A stretch of DNA of 34,447 nucleotides from an uncultured Gammaproteobacteria bacterium (GCA_964626205.1 CAZVED010000009.1:1-34447), one strand, 5' to 3'; shown: positions 23,161 to 32,718, counted from the first letter of the stretch. Made by a program: numbers and translations. Notes: generated from the sequence alone by a model not told the origin.

Positions 23161-23607
23161 ATGCAGTCATTCCTCAAAATCCCACAAAAGGTCCACCACG
23201 CTCTTCTGGTCGTGGGAAAACTCGCAGAGCGCCATACGGACGGCGTACCTCTTTCGTTACAGGAAATCGCGAAGGAGTCCGGCCTCTCACAGGGATTCCT
23301 GGAGGAAATCGCTGGGCATCTTCGCCGCGCGCAGATCATCGAAAGCCGGCGCGGTTCCCGCGGTGGCTACATCCTCGCGCATGATCCGGCGGAGATCACG
23401 GTGAGCGACATCATCGAAGCCATCGAGGGACCCATCCAGATGGTCGATTGTCTCGATGACAAGATCGGCTGCGTGCTCGCGGTCGGTTGTTCCAACAAGT
23501 CCATCTGGAGCCGTCTGCAGCATAAGGTGCAGGAAACGTTGGACGCGACGACCATTGGCGACATGATCGGCGCAGAAAAACGCCAGCATTCCTATGACGT
23601 GGGCTGA
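23161..23607 (+). CDS. Rrf2-family (IscR/SufR-like) Fe-S-sensing transcriptional regulator
   Basis: 148 aa with an N-terminal wHTH (...LSLQEIAKESGLSQGFLEEIAGHLRRAQIIESRRGSRGGYIL...) and a cluster-ligand spacing C-x6-C-x5-C (VDCLDDKIGCVLAVGCS). It overlaps sufB by 14 nt. Confidence 0.9.
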   Translation: MQSFLKIPQKVHHALLVVGKLAERHTDGVPLSLQEIAKESGLSQGFLEEIAGHLRRAQIIESRRGSRGGYILAHDPAEITVSDIIEAIEGPIQMVDCLDDKIGCVLAVGCSNKSIWSRLQHKVQETLDATTIGDMIGAEKRQHSYDVG

Positions 23608-25000
23608 GCAGACGTTCGACATCGACCGCTCCAAGTACGACGACGCCGCAAAAAGCGACGTGCGGTTTTCGGCGACGCCAGGACTGACGCGTGAACTCGT
23701 CGAGGAAATTTCCCGCCAGAAAAATGAACCGGACTGGATGCTTGCCAAGCGTCTCGCAGCATTCGCGTTGTACGAGAAGACTCCGCTTCCGAACTGGGGT
23801 CCGCCACTCGACGGCCTCGACCTCGAGAAGATCGTCTACTACGTCCGCCCGGACGCGAAGGAAGCGACGACCTGGGAAGAAGTTCCGGATGAGATCCGCA
23901 AGACCTTCGAACGCCTCGGCATTCCAGAATCCGAACGCTCCGCCCTATCCGGCGTGGGCGCGCAATTTGATTCCGATATCATCTATCACAACCTGAAGGA
24001 AGAGTGGAAGAAGCAGGGTGTCATTTTTGAGAACATGGACGTCGCAGTGCAAGAACACCCGGATCTTGTACGCAAGCATTTCATGACCGACTGTATTCCG
24101 ATTCACGACCACAAGTTCGTCATGCTCCACGCCGCAGTCTGGAGCGGTGGCACCTTCATCTACGTTCCGCCGGGCGTGAAAGTGAACGTGCCTTTGCAGG
24201 CGTACTTCCGCATGAACGCCGAACGCGGCGGTCAGTTCGAGCACACGCTCATCATCGTGGATGAAGGTGCCGAGGTGGAATACATCGAGGGCTGTTCTGC
24301 TCCGCGCTATGCAACCTCCTCCATCCACGCAGGCTGCGTCGAGCTGCACGTGAAGGATGGCGCGCGCATCCGGTACTCGAGCATCGAGAACTGGAGCAAG
24401 AACACCTACAACCTCAACACCAAACGCGCGGTCGTCGACAAGGATGGCACCGTGGAGTGGCTCAACGGCAACATGGGCTCCGGCACGACCATGCTCTATC
24501 CGTGTAGCGTGCTGCGCGGCGAAGGCGCACGCTCGGACAGCCTCGGCGTCGCGTTCGCCGGCCCGGGCCAGAACCAGGACACCGGCTCAAAGGTCATCCA
24601 TGTCGCGCCAAATACCACCTCCACCATCCGCGCCAAATCCATCAGCAAAGGCGACGGCATTTCGAGCTACCGCGGCATGGTTCGCGTGACGCCGTCGGCA
24701 AAAGGTGCGAAGTCGTCCGTCTCTTGTGATGCGCTGCTCATCGGTGGCGAATCCGTTTCCAACACCTATCCGTTCATGCGCATCGATACCGATGATGCAG
24801 ACGTCGTGCACGAAGCGACGGTCGGCCGCATCGGCGAAGGCGAGCTCTTCTATTTGCAGAGCAGGGGACTGAGCGAAGACGAAGCGCGCAAAACCATCGT
24901 GAGCGGATTCATCGACCCGGTCGTGAAGCGCCTGCCGCTCGAGTACGCCGTGGAGCTGAACAAACTCATCGAGCTCGAGATGGAAGGCTCCGTCGGCTGA
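23594..25000 (+). CDS. sufB: Fe-S cluster assembly scaffold protein SufB
   Basis: 468 aa with ...EPDWMLAKRLAAFALYEKTPLPNWGP... and the family-typical C-terminus ...ATVGRIGEGELFYLQSRGLSEDEARKTIVSGF.... Confidence 0.95.
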   Translation: MTWAEQTFDIDRSKYDDAAKSDVRFSATPGLTRELVEEISRQKNEPDWMLAKRLAAFALYEKTPLPNWGPPLDGLDLEKIVYYVRPDAKEATTWEEVPDEIRKTFERLGIPESERSALSGVGAQFDSDIIYHNLKEEWKKQGVIFENMDVAVQEHPDLVRKHFMTDCIPIHDHKFVMLHAAVWSGGTFIYVPPGVKVNVPLQAYFRMNAERGGQFEHTLIIVDEGAEVEYIEGCSAPRYATSSIHAGCVELHVKDGARIRYSSIENWSKNTYNLNTKRAVVDKDGTVEWLNGNMGSGTTMLYPCSVLRGEGARSDSLGVAFAGPGQNQDTGSKVIHVAPNTTSTIRAKSISKGDGISSYRGMVRVTPSAKGAKSSVSCDALLIGGESVSNTYPFMRIDTDDADVVHEATVGRIGEGELFYLQSRGLSEDEARKTIVSGFIDPVVKRLPLEYAVELNKLIELEMEGSVG

Positions 25001-25007
25001 CACTCCT

Positions 25008-26132
25008 ATGCAGAACACCATCACCACCATGCGCGCCGAAGCAGCCTCCCGTTCCGCAGGGCTCCCGGAACTCGCGCTCAAGTATGGCCAGAACATCTTC
25101 TTCGAACCGAAGAAGATCGTTTTCCCGTTCCATGTGGAACACCCGACGACCGTGCGCTCGGAAACCTCCGGCCCGGACGGCATCCGTTTTCTTACCCTCA
25201 CCGAAGCATTCGAGGACACATCGATCACCGACGACATCCTTCGTGCGCTCACCACACGTTCCTTTGAGGACGATAAGGCCTTTCACTGGATGCTCGCAAA
25301 CCTCGATGACGCGCTCATTGTGAGCATTCCGGCCGGTGTCCGCCCAGAGGAACCGATTGTGCTCACGACCCATCGCGGTGATGAAGTCGCTTTGCAGCAC
25401 GTCATCGTGCACGCTGGCGACGCTTCGACGGTGCACATCATCGACAAGCGTTCCGAGGGCCCAGGCTTCCTCGGTACCATCACCGACATCATCGCAGGTG
25501 AGAACGCGACCGTGCACTACGCCGTCGCGCAAACCCGCGACAAGGAGACGCTCCACGCGTCCTATGTACGCGCGTTCGGAGCACGCATTTCATACATCGG
25601 CTTGCACGAAGCGCATGCAGGCGGTTCCTACGTCCGCTCGCGTGCTATCGGCTACCTCGACACGGAAGGGGCGACGTTCATCGCTGACGCCGGGTATCGC
25701 GGTGACGGAGCGCGGAATTTCGACTATCATTGCGAGAGTCGCCATGCGGCACCGAACACCGTTTCCCGACTGCAAACCGCGCTCGTGATGGATGACGAAT
25801 CGAAAGCCATCGCGCGCGCGCTGACGCATGTCACCAAAGAGGCGAAGGGAAGCGATACGCGTCAACGCATTGATGCCATGCTACTCGGCGAACGCGCGGA
25901 AGCGGATACGGTCCCTATGCTCGAGATCGGTACGGACGAGGTCTCGTGCAAGCACGCCGCCACGACTGGCCGACCGGACGCGGCTACGCGCTTCTATCTC
26001 GAAAGCCGCGGCTTGTCGCCAGAAGAAGCGCGCCACGTGCTCGTCGACGGCCATTTCGGAAAACTGTTCGCTGACCTTCCGAACGAGGAGATGAAAGCCT
26101 TGCTCCACACCACACTCACTGACGCACGCTGA
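25008..26132 (+). CDS. sufD: Fe-S cluster assembly protein SufD
   Basis: 374 aa SufB/SufD-family paralog with C-terminus ...AATTGRPDAATRFYLESRGLSPEEARHVLVDGHF.... Located directly after sufB. Confidence 0.85.
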   Translation: MQNTITTMRAEAASRSAGLPELALKYGQNIFFEPKKIVFPFHVEHPTTVRSETSGPDGIRFLTLTEAFEDTSITDDILRALTTRSFEDDKAFHWMLANLDDALIVSIPAGVRPEEPIVLTTHRGDEVALQHVIVHAGDASTVHIIDKRSEGPGFLGTITDIIAGENATVHYAVAQTRDKETLHASYVRAFGARISYIGLHEAHAGGSYVRSRAIGYLDTEGATFIADAGYRGDGARNFDYHCESRHAAPNTVSRLQTALVMDDESKAIARALTHVTKEAKGSDTRQRIDAMLLGERAEADTVPMLEIGTDEVSCKHAATTGRPDAATRFYLESRGLSPEEARHVLVDGHFGKLFADLPNEEMKALLHTTLTDAR

Positions 26133-26133
26133 T

Positions 26134-27345
26134 ATGCCCACCACTAACGATTACAAGAAAGATTTTCCGATGCTGGTAGCGCAGCCTGCGTTGTCGTACC
26201 TCGACTCCGCGTCCAGCTCTCAGACACCGGACGCCGTTCTTGCTGCCGTCGATGCCTACTACCACGAGTATCGCGCCAACGTGCACCGCGGCATGTATGC
26301 GGCGAGCGAGAGGGCGACGGACGTGTATGAGCACTCCCGCGCGGAGATCGCTATGTTCATCAATGCCGGCGTGGACGAAGTCGTCTTCACCCGTGGCACC
26401 ACGGAATCACTCAACCTCGTCGCGACAGCTATCGGAAAGACGCTCGTGGCAGGGGATGAGGTCGTTATGACGGCCATGGAGCACCACGCCAACCTCGTGC
26501 CGTGGCAGCAGGCAGCCAAACGCCACGGTTTCACCGTGCGTGTGATTCCGCTCACTACAGAGATGACGCTCGACATGGACGAAGCGCGGAAGCTCATCGG
26601 CTCTAAGACCAAGGTGCTCGCGATGACGTGGGCCTCCAACGTGCTAGGCACCGTGAACCCGGTCGTGGAGCTCATCGCGCTCGCTAAGGCTGCAGGTGCC
26701 ATGACTGTCGTCGACGCCGCGCAGGCTGCCGGACACTTTGCCATCGACGTGAAGGCGCTCGACTGCGACTTCCTCGCGTTCTCCGGCCACAAAATGTTCG
26801 CGCCAACCGGCATCGGCGTGCTCTATGGCAAGAAGGCCCGCCTCGAAGCCATGGAACCCGTGATGTTCGGCGGCGATATGATCCGCGAGGTCACCTGGGA
26901 GGAATCGAAATGGAACGACGTGCCGATGAAGTTCGAGGCCGGAACGCCCAACATCGCGGGCGCCATCGGACTCGGCGCTGCAGTACGGTACGTACAGCAG
27001 ATCGGCGTCGAGGCATTGCACGTGCATGAAGCGGAGATGACGCGGTACTGCCTCGCCAAGCTCGCGGAGGTCGGTGGCGTGAAGGTCTGGGGTCCGCCAG
27101 CAGACCATCCGCGCGTCGGCGTCGTCTCGTTCACGGTCGATGGTGTCCACTCACACGATCTCGTCACGCTCCTCGACCGCAAAGGCGTCGCGGTGCGCGG
27201 CGGCCATCACTGCGCCATGCCGCTCGTACGCGGTCTCGGTCTCACCGGCACCGCACGTGCGAGCTTCTCCATCTACACCACCCGTGAGGACATCGACCGT
27301 CTCGCCAACGCTATCATCTACGCCAAATCCGTCTTCTCCGTATGA
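26134..27345 (+). CDS. sufS: cysteine desulfurase SufS (group II)
   Basis: 403 aa with the PLP lysine region ...AFSGHKMFAPTGIGVLYG... and the catalytic loop ...VRGGHHCAMPL.... Confidence 0.93.
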   Translation: MPTTNDYKKDFPMLVAQPALSYLDSASSSQTPDAVLAAVDAYYHEYRANVHRGMYAASERATDVYEHSRAEIAMFINAGVDEVVFTRGTTESLNLVATAIGKTLVAGDEVVMTAMEHHANLVPWQQAAKRHGFTVRVIPLTTEMTLDMDEARKLIGSKTKVLAMTWASNVLGTVNPVVELIALAKAAGAMTVVDAAQAAGHFAIDVKALDCDFLAFSGHKMFAPTGIGVLYGKKARLEAMEPVMFGGDMIREVTWEESKWNDVPMKFEAGTPNIAGAIGLGAAVRYVQQIGVEALHVHEAEMTRYCLAKLAEVGGVKVWGPPADHPRVGVVSFTVDGVHSHDLVTLLDRKGVAVRGGHHCAMPLVRGLGLTGTARASFSIYTTREDIDRLANAIIYAKSVFSV

Positions 27346-27749
27346 CACTCAACCACGACCACGCTGTCGACGAGGACCTCTACCGCGAACTCATCCTTGA
27401 CCACAACCGCAACCCGCGCAACGTTGGGCGTCTTGAAGACGCCACGGTACGCCGCCGCGACATGAACACCTCCTGCGGCGATGACGTAGAAATGTCCCTA
27501 CTCGCCGATGCGGACGGCAAAATCGTGAAAGCGCTCTTCGCAGGAGATGGTTGCGCCATCAGCAAGGCCGTCGCCTCCATGCTCACGGAATCGCTCATCG
27601 GGAAGACTCTGAAAGACGTCGAGACTATGGGCGCGAAGGACGTCTTCGACCTCGTCGGAACGGAACTCACTGGCTCCCGCCTCACCTGCGCGCTCCTGCC
27701 GCTCAAGACGCTTCAGAAGGGGATCGCGGAAACATCCACCACCAACTGA
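27342..27749 (+). CDS. sufU: SufU-type sulfur acceptor / zinc-dependent sulfurtransferase
   Basis: 135 aa with ...NTSCGDDVEM..., ...GDGCAISKA... and ...RLTCALLPL.... There is no LPPVK motif. ATGA overlap with sufS. Confidence 0.85.
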   Translation: MTLNHDHAVDEDLYRELILDHNRNPRNVGRLEDATVRRRDMNTSCGDDVEMSLLADADGKIVKALFAGDGCAISKAVASMLTESLIGKTLKDVETMGAKDVFDLVGTELTGSRLTCALLPLKTLQKGIAETSTTN

Positions 27750-27750
27750 T

Positions 27751-28485
27751 ATGAACGCACTCGTCATCAACAACCTGCACATTACCCGCGAGGGGAAAGA
27801 GATCGTGCGCGGCGTGGACCTCACGGTCCCGGCGGGCAGCTTGCACGTGCTCATGGGTGCCAACGGTTCGGGAAAGAGCTCGCTTGCGAACGCCATCATG
27901 GGGCACCCATCGACCACCGTTACGGAAGGGTCCGTCACCATCGACGGCGAGGACATCACCGTGCTCACGACGGACAAGAAAGCAAAGGCCGGCTTGTTCC
28001 TCTCCATGCAATACCCGCCGGAAGTCGCAGGCGTTTCCGTTTCCAACATCCTCCGTATCGCGGTCGCTGCCGTCACCGGCAAGCCTGTCGCTATCGTGGA
28101 GTTCCAAAAAAAGCTCAAGGAAACCATGGCGCGCATGGGTATCGACCCAGCATTCGCGCGGCGCGGGCTCAACGAAGGATTCTCCGGCGGCGAGAAGAAG
28201 CGTATGGAGGCGCTGCAGCTCCTGCTCCTCGCACCCAAGTACGCACTCCTCGATGAGACCGACTCCGGCTTAGACGTCGACGCACTGCGCACGGTCACCG
28301 GCGCCATCGAAGAAGCGCGCGGAAAGGGGACAGGCGTGCTCCTTATCACGCACTATGCGAGCATCCTGGAGCACCTCACACCGGACGCGGTCCATGTCAT
28401 GAGCGAGGGACGCATCGTGCGCTCCGGCGGCAAGGAACTCGCGGACGCGATCGCCAAGGACGGATTTGCGTCCTTCACCGCATAA
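27751..28485 (+). CDS. sufC: Fe-S cluster assembly ATPase SufC
   Basis: 244 aa with Walker A GANGSGKS, signature FSGGEKKR and Walker B LLDETDSGLD. Confidence 0.95.
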   Translation: MNALVINNLHITREGKEIVRGVDLTVPAGSLHVLMGANGSGKSSLANAIMGHPSTTVTEGSVTIDGEDITVLTTDKKAKAGLFLSMQYPPEVAGVSVSNILRIAVAAVTGKPVAIVEFQKKLKETMARMGIDPAFARRGLNEGFSGGEKKRMEALQLLLLAPKYALLDETDSGLDVDALRTVTGAIEEARGKGTGVLLITHYASILEHLTPDAVHVMSEGRIVRSGGKELADAIAKDGFASFTA

Positions 28486-28487
28486 CT

Positions 28488-28778
28488 ATGGTCATCAAAG
28501 AAGAGATCATCGAGATTCTCCAAAACTTCCTCGACCCGGAACTCGGCATTGACATCTACACGCTGGGTCTCGTCTATGGTGTGGACTTCGACGAAAAGAA
28601 GCAGGAACTGAAGCTCACCATGACATTCACGACCCCGTTGTGTCCGTACGGCCCGCAGATGATCGGCGAGCTCAAGAGCCGCTTCCGCGCCATCGGCCTC
28701 GACAAGGTGGATATTCAGGTGGTCTTCGAACCGCCTTGGAAGCCTTCGGACGAGGTTCGCGCGATGCTCGGCGTATAA
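28488..28778 (+). CDS. sufT: DUF59/MIP18-family Fe-S assembly factor (SufT-like)
   Basis: 96 aa with ...LDPELGIDIYTLGLVY... and ...TFTTPLCPYGPQM.... Last gene of the suf cluster. Confidence 0.8.
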   Translation: MVIKEEIIEILQNFLDPELGIDIYTLGLVYGVDFDEKKQELKLTMTFTTPLCPYGPQMIGELKSRFRAIGLDKVDIQVVFEPPWKPSDEVRAMLGV

Positions 28779-28791
28779 AACCGTCCTACTG

Positions 28792-28818
28792 AAAAAGCAG
28801 GGGATATCCCTGCTTTTT
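28792..28818. terminator. bidirectional intrinsic terminator (suf operon / GT4 gene)
   Basis: AAAAAGCAGGG-GATAT-CCCTGCTTTTT is an 11-bp perfect stem that includes the A5 and T5 runs. It sits between convergent stops at 28778 and 28831. Confidence 0.8.
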
Positions 28819-28830
28819 CATATCCCACGC

Positions 28831-29871
28831 TTAGGAGCGGCGGCGCTTCTCCTCGTCGATGATCTTCTCGTAGACACGGAGGTAGCCCTGCACCATCTTC
28901 TGCTGACTGAAAAAATCGACGGCGCGCTTGCGCGTCGTGGCACGGCTGATCCTGTCGATCGCACCGATCGCGGCGACCATGTCGTCGACGCTCTCGACGA
29001 TGTAGCCGGTGTGTCCGTGCGAGACAACCTCAGGCACCGCTCCATTCCGCCAGGCGATGACCGGTGTGCCGCAAGCCATGGCCTCGATCATCACGAGACC
29101 GAACGTCTCGTCGTACTGCGTCGGGAAGAGCAATGCCTTCGCGCCCTGCAGAAGCTTGATCTTCTGCTGCTCATCGGCCTCGCCCATGTACCGGACCGAG
29201 ACGCCGTTGATCTCCTTCTCGATATGCTCGTGCCAATACCCCTCCGTGGAGTAGCTGCCTCCGGCGATGCGCAACTTGACCCCTGCGGCCTTCGCGGCCT
29301 CGATGGCGAAATGCACGCCCTTTTCCTTGGTCACGCGACCAAGGTAGAGGAAGTAGTCCTCAGGTTCCGGCGCGAACGAAAACAGATCGACATCCACCCC
29401 GTGGTAGATGTTCGCGGCCCAGTTCAGTTCCGGCATCTGCTTGCGCTGCGCATGCGAGAACGAGACGTACCGGAGCTCTTTGTACCGGAGCAGCAACGGA
29501 CGGATGGCGTCGCGGATAGGGCTATGGACGGAAATGAGCGTCGGTGTCTTCGACAACGCCGCGAAGAACGCCGTCAACAGGGAAAAGTGGCTATGCACAA
29601 CGTCGACGCTCCCGGCGTTCGCGTAGCAATCGCTGATGAGCGCGTCGATGTAATGACGCTGCATGTCCGGCGACAAAGACGACAACTCGACTTCGGCACC
29701 AAGCACGGAATGCAGGCGACCTTTGGTGCGCGAACCGGCAGCGGCGAACAACTCGACCTCATGGCCGGCTTCGACGATACGGTCCACCAAAACACCGCTG
29801 TGCGAATAAATAGCCTTGGTGGCGCGGGCGTCGACAGGATGCAGCGGAGAGACCAGTTGTGCGATACGCAT
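28831..29871 (-). CDS. GT4-family glycosyltransferase (paralog A)
   Basis: 346 aa starting MRIAQLVSPLHP...GHEVELFAAAGS..., with a C-terminal GT-B motif ...ETFGLVMIEAMACGTPVIAWRNGAVPEVV.... Confidence 0.85.
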   Translation of the reverse strand: MRIAQLVSPLHPVDARATKAIYSHSGVLVDRIVEAGHEVELFAAAGSRTKGRLHSVLGAEVELSSLSPDMQRHYIDALISDCYANAGSVDVVHSHFSLLTAFFAALSKTPTLISVHSPIRDAIRPLLLRYKELRYVSFSHAQRKQMPELNWAANIYHGVDVDLFSFAPEPEDYFLYLGRVTKEKGVHFAIEAAKAAGVKLRIAGGSYSTEGYWHEHIEKEINGVSVRYMGEADEQQKIKLLQGAKALLFPTQYDETFGLVMIEAMACGTPVIAWRNGAVPEVVSHGHTGYIVESVDDMVAAIGAIDRISRATTRKRAVDFFSQQKMVQGYLRVYEKIIDEEKRRRS

Positions 29872-29909
29872 ACGCGAGGATGGTCAACGCGGACATGAAT
29901 GACCAACGC

Positions 29910-29938
29910 ACCCTACCACGTGCGACGATTCTTTTCAA
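29910..29938 (-). promoter_or_regulatory. candidate internal promoter TTGAAA-N17-TAGGGT with TGg extension
   Basis: The minus strand has TTGAAA (29938..29933), a 17-nt spacer ending in TGG, then TAGGGT (29915..29910). It lies in the 79-nt gap between the two GT4 genes. Confidence 0.45.
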
Positions 29939-29950
29939 GGGTGAAGCCCC

Positions 29951-31030
29951 TCACTTCTTCGCGGCGGCACGATACGTCGCAAGGTACCGATCAACCATGC
30001 GCTCGATGCTGAACAGACGCTCCACGCGGTCGCGACAGGCCTGCGGATCGATCTCGTCGATGCGTTTCATTGCCGCAGCCATCTGCTTCGGCGTCTTCAC
30101 GATGAACCCGGTCACGCCATCCTCGATAACTTCCCGTACCGAGCCGCGGTCGTAAGCGATGACCGGCGTACCGCAAGCCATGGCCTCGATCATCACGAGA
30201 CCGAACGGTTCCTCCCACTTGATGGGGAAGAGCAACGCTTTCGCCTTGCCGTAGATGCCCGGCAGCGATGCGCGCGGACGCATGCCGACGTACTTCACCG
30301 GACCAGTGCAGAGCGCGCGGACCTTCTCGAGATATGCCGCGTTGTAATGCTTGCCGACCACATCGAGGCGTTCGCCTGCCATCTTCGCGGCCATGATCGC
30401 GTCCTCCACACCCTTCTGCTGCACGAGACGGCTGCAGAACAGGAACGCGGACCGTTTCGCGCCAGACGGACGGAAGAGGTCGGTATCGACGCCGTTGTAG
30501 ATGTTCGCGGCATACGAAAGATCCGGCGCAGGACGACGCTGCGCCATGCTGATGGAGATGAACCGCGCCTTCTTGCCCTTGAAGAGTCGGTAGACGATTC
30601 GGCCGTACGCGCTGATAGGGTCATGCAACGTGATGAGTATCGGTACCGGACAGTCCGCCACGAACGGCAGCGCGCGCTCGGAGTGGACATGCAACACGTC
30701 GTAGCGCCCTTTCGCCGCGTCCGCGAACATGCGCGAGAGGAGATACTGGTCGAACAGCGTCGCCTGCTGCGACGCGTACGGCATGGCCTTGCGTTCGGCC
30801 TCGGTTTTCTTCAAGAAGGCCGGGTCCGAGATACCGTATTCCAAGCCGCCGGAGATGACCTTGTAGGGAATGCGCGATGCTTCCGGCGCGTAGAACGTCA
30901 TGTCGTGGCCTTCCGCCACGGCACCTTCGGCGATGTCGAGCGCGAGGTCCATCGGCGCCCAGATGACATCTTTCCCTGCAGGAAGCGAACGGAGTGCGGT
31001 CACGAATTGCGCGATGCGGAGTTTCTTCAT
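29951..31030 (-). CDS. GT4-family glycosyltransferase (paralog B)
   Basis: ORF 29951..31423 trimmed to ATG 31030 (MKKLRIAQFVTALRS...), which overlaps the glgP stop (ATGA at 31027..31030). Motif ...EPFGLVMIEAMACGTPVIAYDRGSVREVI.... Confidence 0.85.
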   Translation of the reverse strand: MKKLRIAQFVTALRSLPAGKDVIWAPMDLALDIAEGAVAEGHDMTFYAPEASRIPYKVISGGLEYGISDPAFLKKTEAERKAMPYASQQATLFDQYLLSRMFADAAKGRYDVLHVHSERALPFVADCPVPILITLHDPISAYGRIVYRLFKGKKARFISISMAQRRPAPDLSYAANIYNGVDTDLFRPSGAKRSAFLFCSRLVQQKGVEDAIMAAKMAGERLDVVGKHYNAAYLEKVRALCTGPVKYVGMRPRASLPGIYGKAKALLFPIKWEEPFGLVMIEAMACGTPVIAYDRGSVREVIEDGVTGFIVKTPKQMAAAMKRIDEIDPQACRDRVERLFSIERMVDRYLATYRAAAKK

Positions 31031-32718
31031 ACGTAGAGCATTTCGATGTAATCCCTGAGCATCCGCGTCGCGGAGAACTGCGACATGGCCATGGCACGCG
31101 CGTTCCGCATGTGCTCTTCCCAGAGTGCAGGCACACCGTCGGTGCCGCGGTCGTAATACATGGGTGCGATATCCTCGCGGATGGTACGGAGCGCTTCGGC
31201 GGAAACGCGAACGGAGTCGAGGATCCAACCGACCTTGTAGAGCTCGGCCTCGTAGACCCAGCCGTCGTTCGTGGAGGCAGGCAGCACGCCGTTCAGCGCC
31301 GCCTTCATGCCGCTCGTGCCGCACGCCTCGAAGCCGACGACTGGCGTGTTGAGCCAGACATCGCAGCCGGACGTAAGCATCTGCCCGAGCGCGATATCGT
31401 AGTCCGGAAGGTACGCGACGCAATCCGCGAGGTCACCGCCGACGTGCTCCATGAGCGTCGCGAGCAGCGCCACACCGTTCTCGTCGTCGGGGTGGGGGAT
31501 GCCGGCGAACACGAACCGCACGGGCCGGTCTGCGTTGCGCGCGATCTCCACGAGCGCAGCCATGTCTTCGAGCAACGCGAGCGGACGCTTGTACTGCACG
31601 AACCGTCGTGCCCAGCCGATGAGCAGTTCGTCCTTACCCCATGCTTTACCGGTCGTCTTTTCGATGTGCGCGAGAAGCTCCGCCTTGCGCACCTGATGCG
31701 CGGCCCAGAACGCGCCGGGCGCATCCACGTCCGTCGCGATGCGGTCCCATGTCGGCACATGCACGCCGTTCGTCACCGCGACCATGGGGTGATCGCCCCA
31801 AATCTCCTTGGCCTTTTCGGCGTGGAGCTTGGAGACTGCATTCACGACGCCGGCCATGCGCAGCGCCAGCATGGTCATAGAGAACGTACTCGATTCCTGC
31901 ACGAGACCGAATTTCACGAGCTCGTTGACCGGTACCTGCAATTCTTCGGCGTACCCGGCGAGGAGCATGGCGACGAGGTCGTTGCTGTACGTCTCGTTGC
32001 CTGCGGCGACGAGCGTGTGGTTCGTCATGACAACGCGGCGGCGCGCGAACTGTTTTGCTTCCGCGAACCCGATGCCGCGCTCTTCCATCTGATGACGGAT
32101 GAGTTCCAAGGCAAGCAGCGCGGAGTGCCCTTCGTTGAGGTGCCACACCGACGGATGCATGCCGAGCGTCTCCACGAGACGCAGGCCGCCGACACCCAGG
32201 ATGAGCTGCTGCTTGAAGCGTGTCTCTTTATCGCCGACATAAAGACGGTCGGTGATGCGGCGGTCGGCAGGGGAGTTTGGTTCGATGTCGGTATCAAGCA
32301 GATAGACGGAGACGTCTTTCTGCTTCCACTGCCACACCTGCACGGTGACACTTGCCATGGCGACGGGAATCTTGAGGAGGAGACGTTTACCCTGCGCATC
32401 GAGCACCGGCTCCAAGCCCATCTTCACGGGATCATGCCGGAAGCAGACACCCACAGGTTTGCCGGACTCGTCCGTGAGGTCGCAGGCGTAGCCTTCGTGG
32501 TAGTACAAGCCGACGCCGACAAACGGCATGCCGCGGTCGGCTGCCTCGCGAATGACGTCGCCCGCAAGGATACCGAGACCGCCGGAATACGTCGGCACGT
32601 GCTCGGCAAGGCCAAACTCGGCGCAGAAATAGGCGATCGGCCGCCGTTGCAGACGGGCGAATTCCTCCGACGCGCGGAAAGTCTCGAACCATCGGATGTC
32701 CTGTTCATCGTGGTGCAT
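31027..32718 (-). CDS. glgP: alpha-glucan phosphorylase (GT35, short ~560-aa type)
   Basis: ORF 31027..32766 (TTG) trimmed to ATG 32718 (MHHDEQDIRWFE...). Motifs are ...AYFCAEFGL...YSGGLGILAGD... and the PLP-lysine region ...EACGTSGMKAALNG.... Confidence 0.88.
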   Translation of the reverse strand: MHHDEQDIRWFETFRASEEFARLQRRPIAYFCAEFGLAEHVPTYSGGLGILAGDVIREAADRGMPFVGVGLYYHEGYACDLTDESGKPVGVCFRHDPVKMGLEPVLDAQGKRLLLKIPVAMASVTVQVWQWKQKDVSVYLLDTDIEPNSPADRRITDRLYVGDKETRFKQQLILGVGGLRLVETLGMHPSVWHLNEGHSALLALELIRHQMEERGIGFAEAKQFARRRVVMTNHTLVAAGNETYSNDLVAMLLAGYAEELQVPVNELVKFGLVQESSTFSMTMLALRMAGVVNAVSKLHAEKAKEIWGDHPMVAVTNGVHVPTWDRIATDVDAPGAFWAAHQVRKAELLAHIEKTTGKAWGKDELLIGWARRFVQYKRPLALLEDMAALVEIARNADRPVRFVFAGIPHPDDENGVALLATLMEHVGGDLADCVAYLPDYDIALGQMLTSGCDVWLNTPVVGFEACGTSGMKAALNGVLPASTNDGWVYEAELYKVGWILDSVRVSAEALRTIREDIAPMYYDRGTDGVPALWEEHMRNARAMAMSQFSATRMLRDYIEMLYV

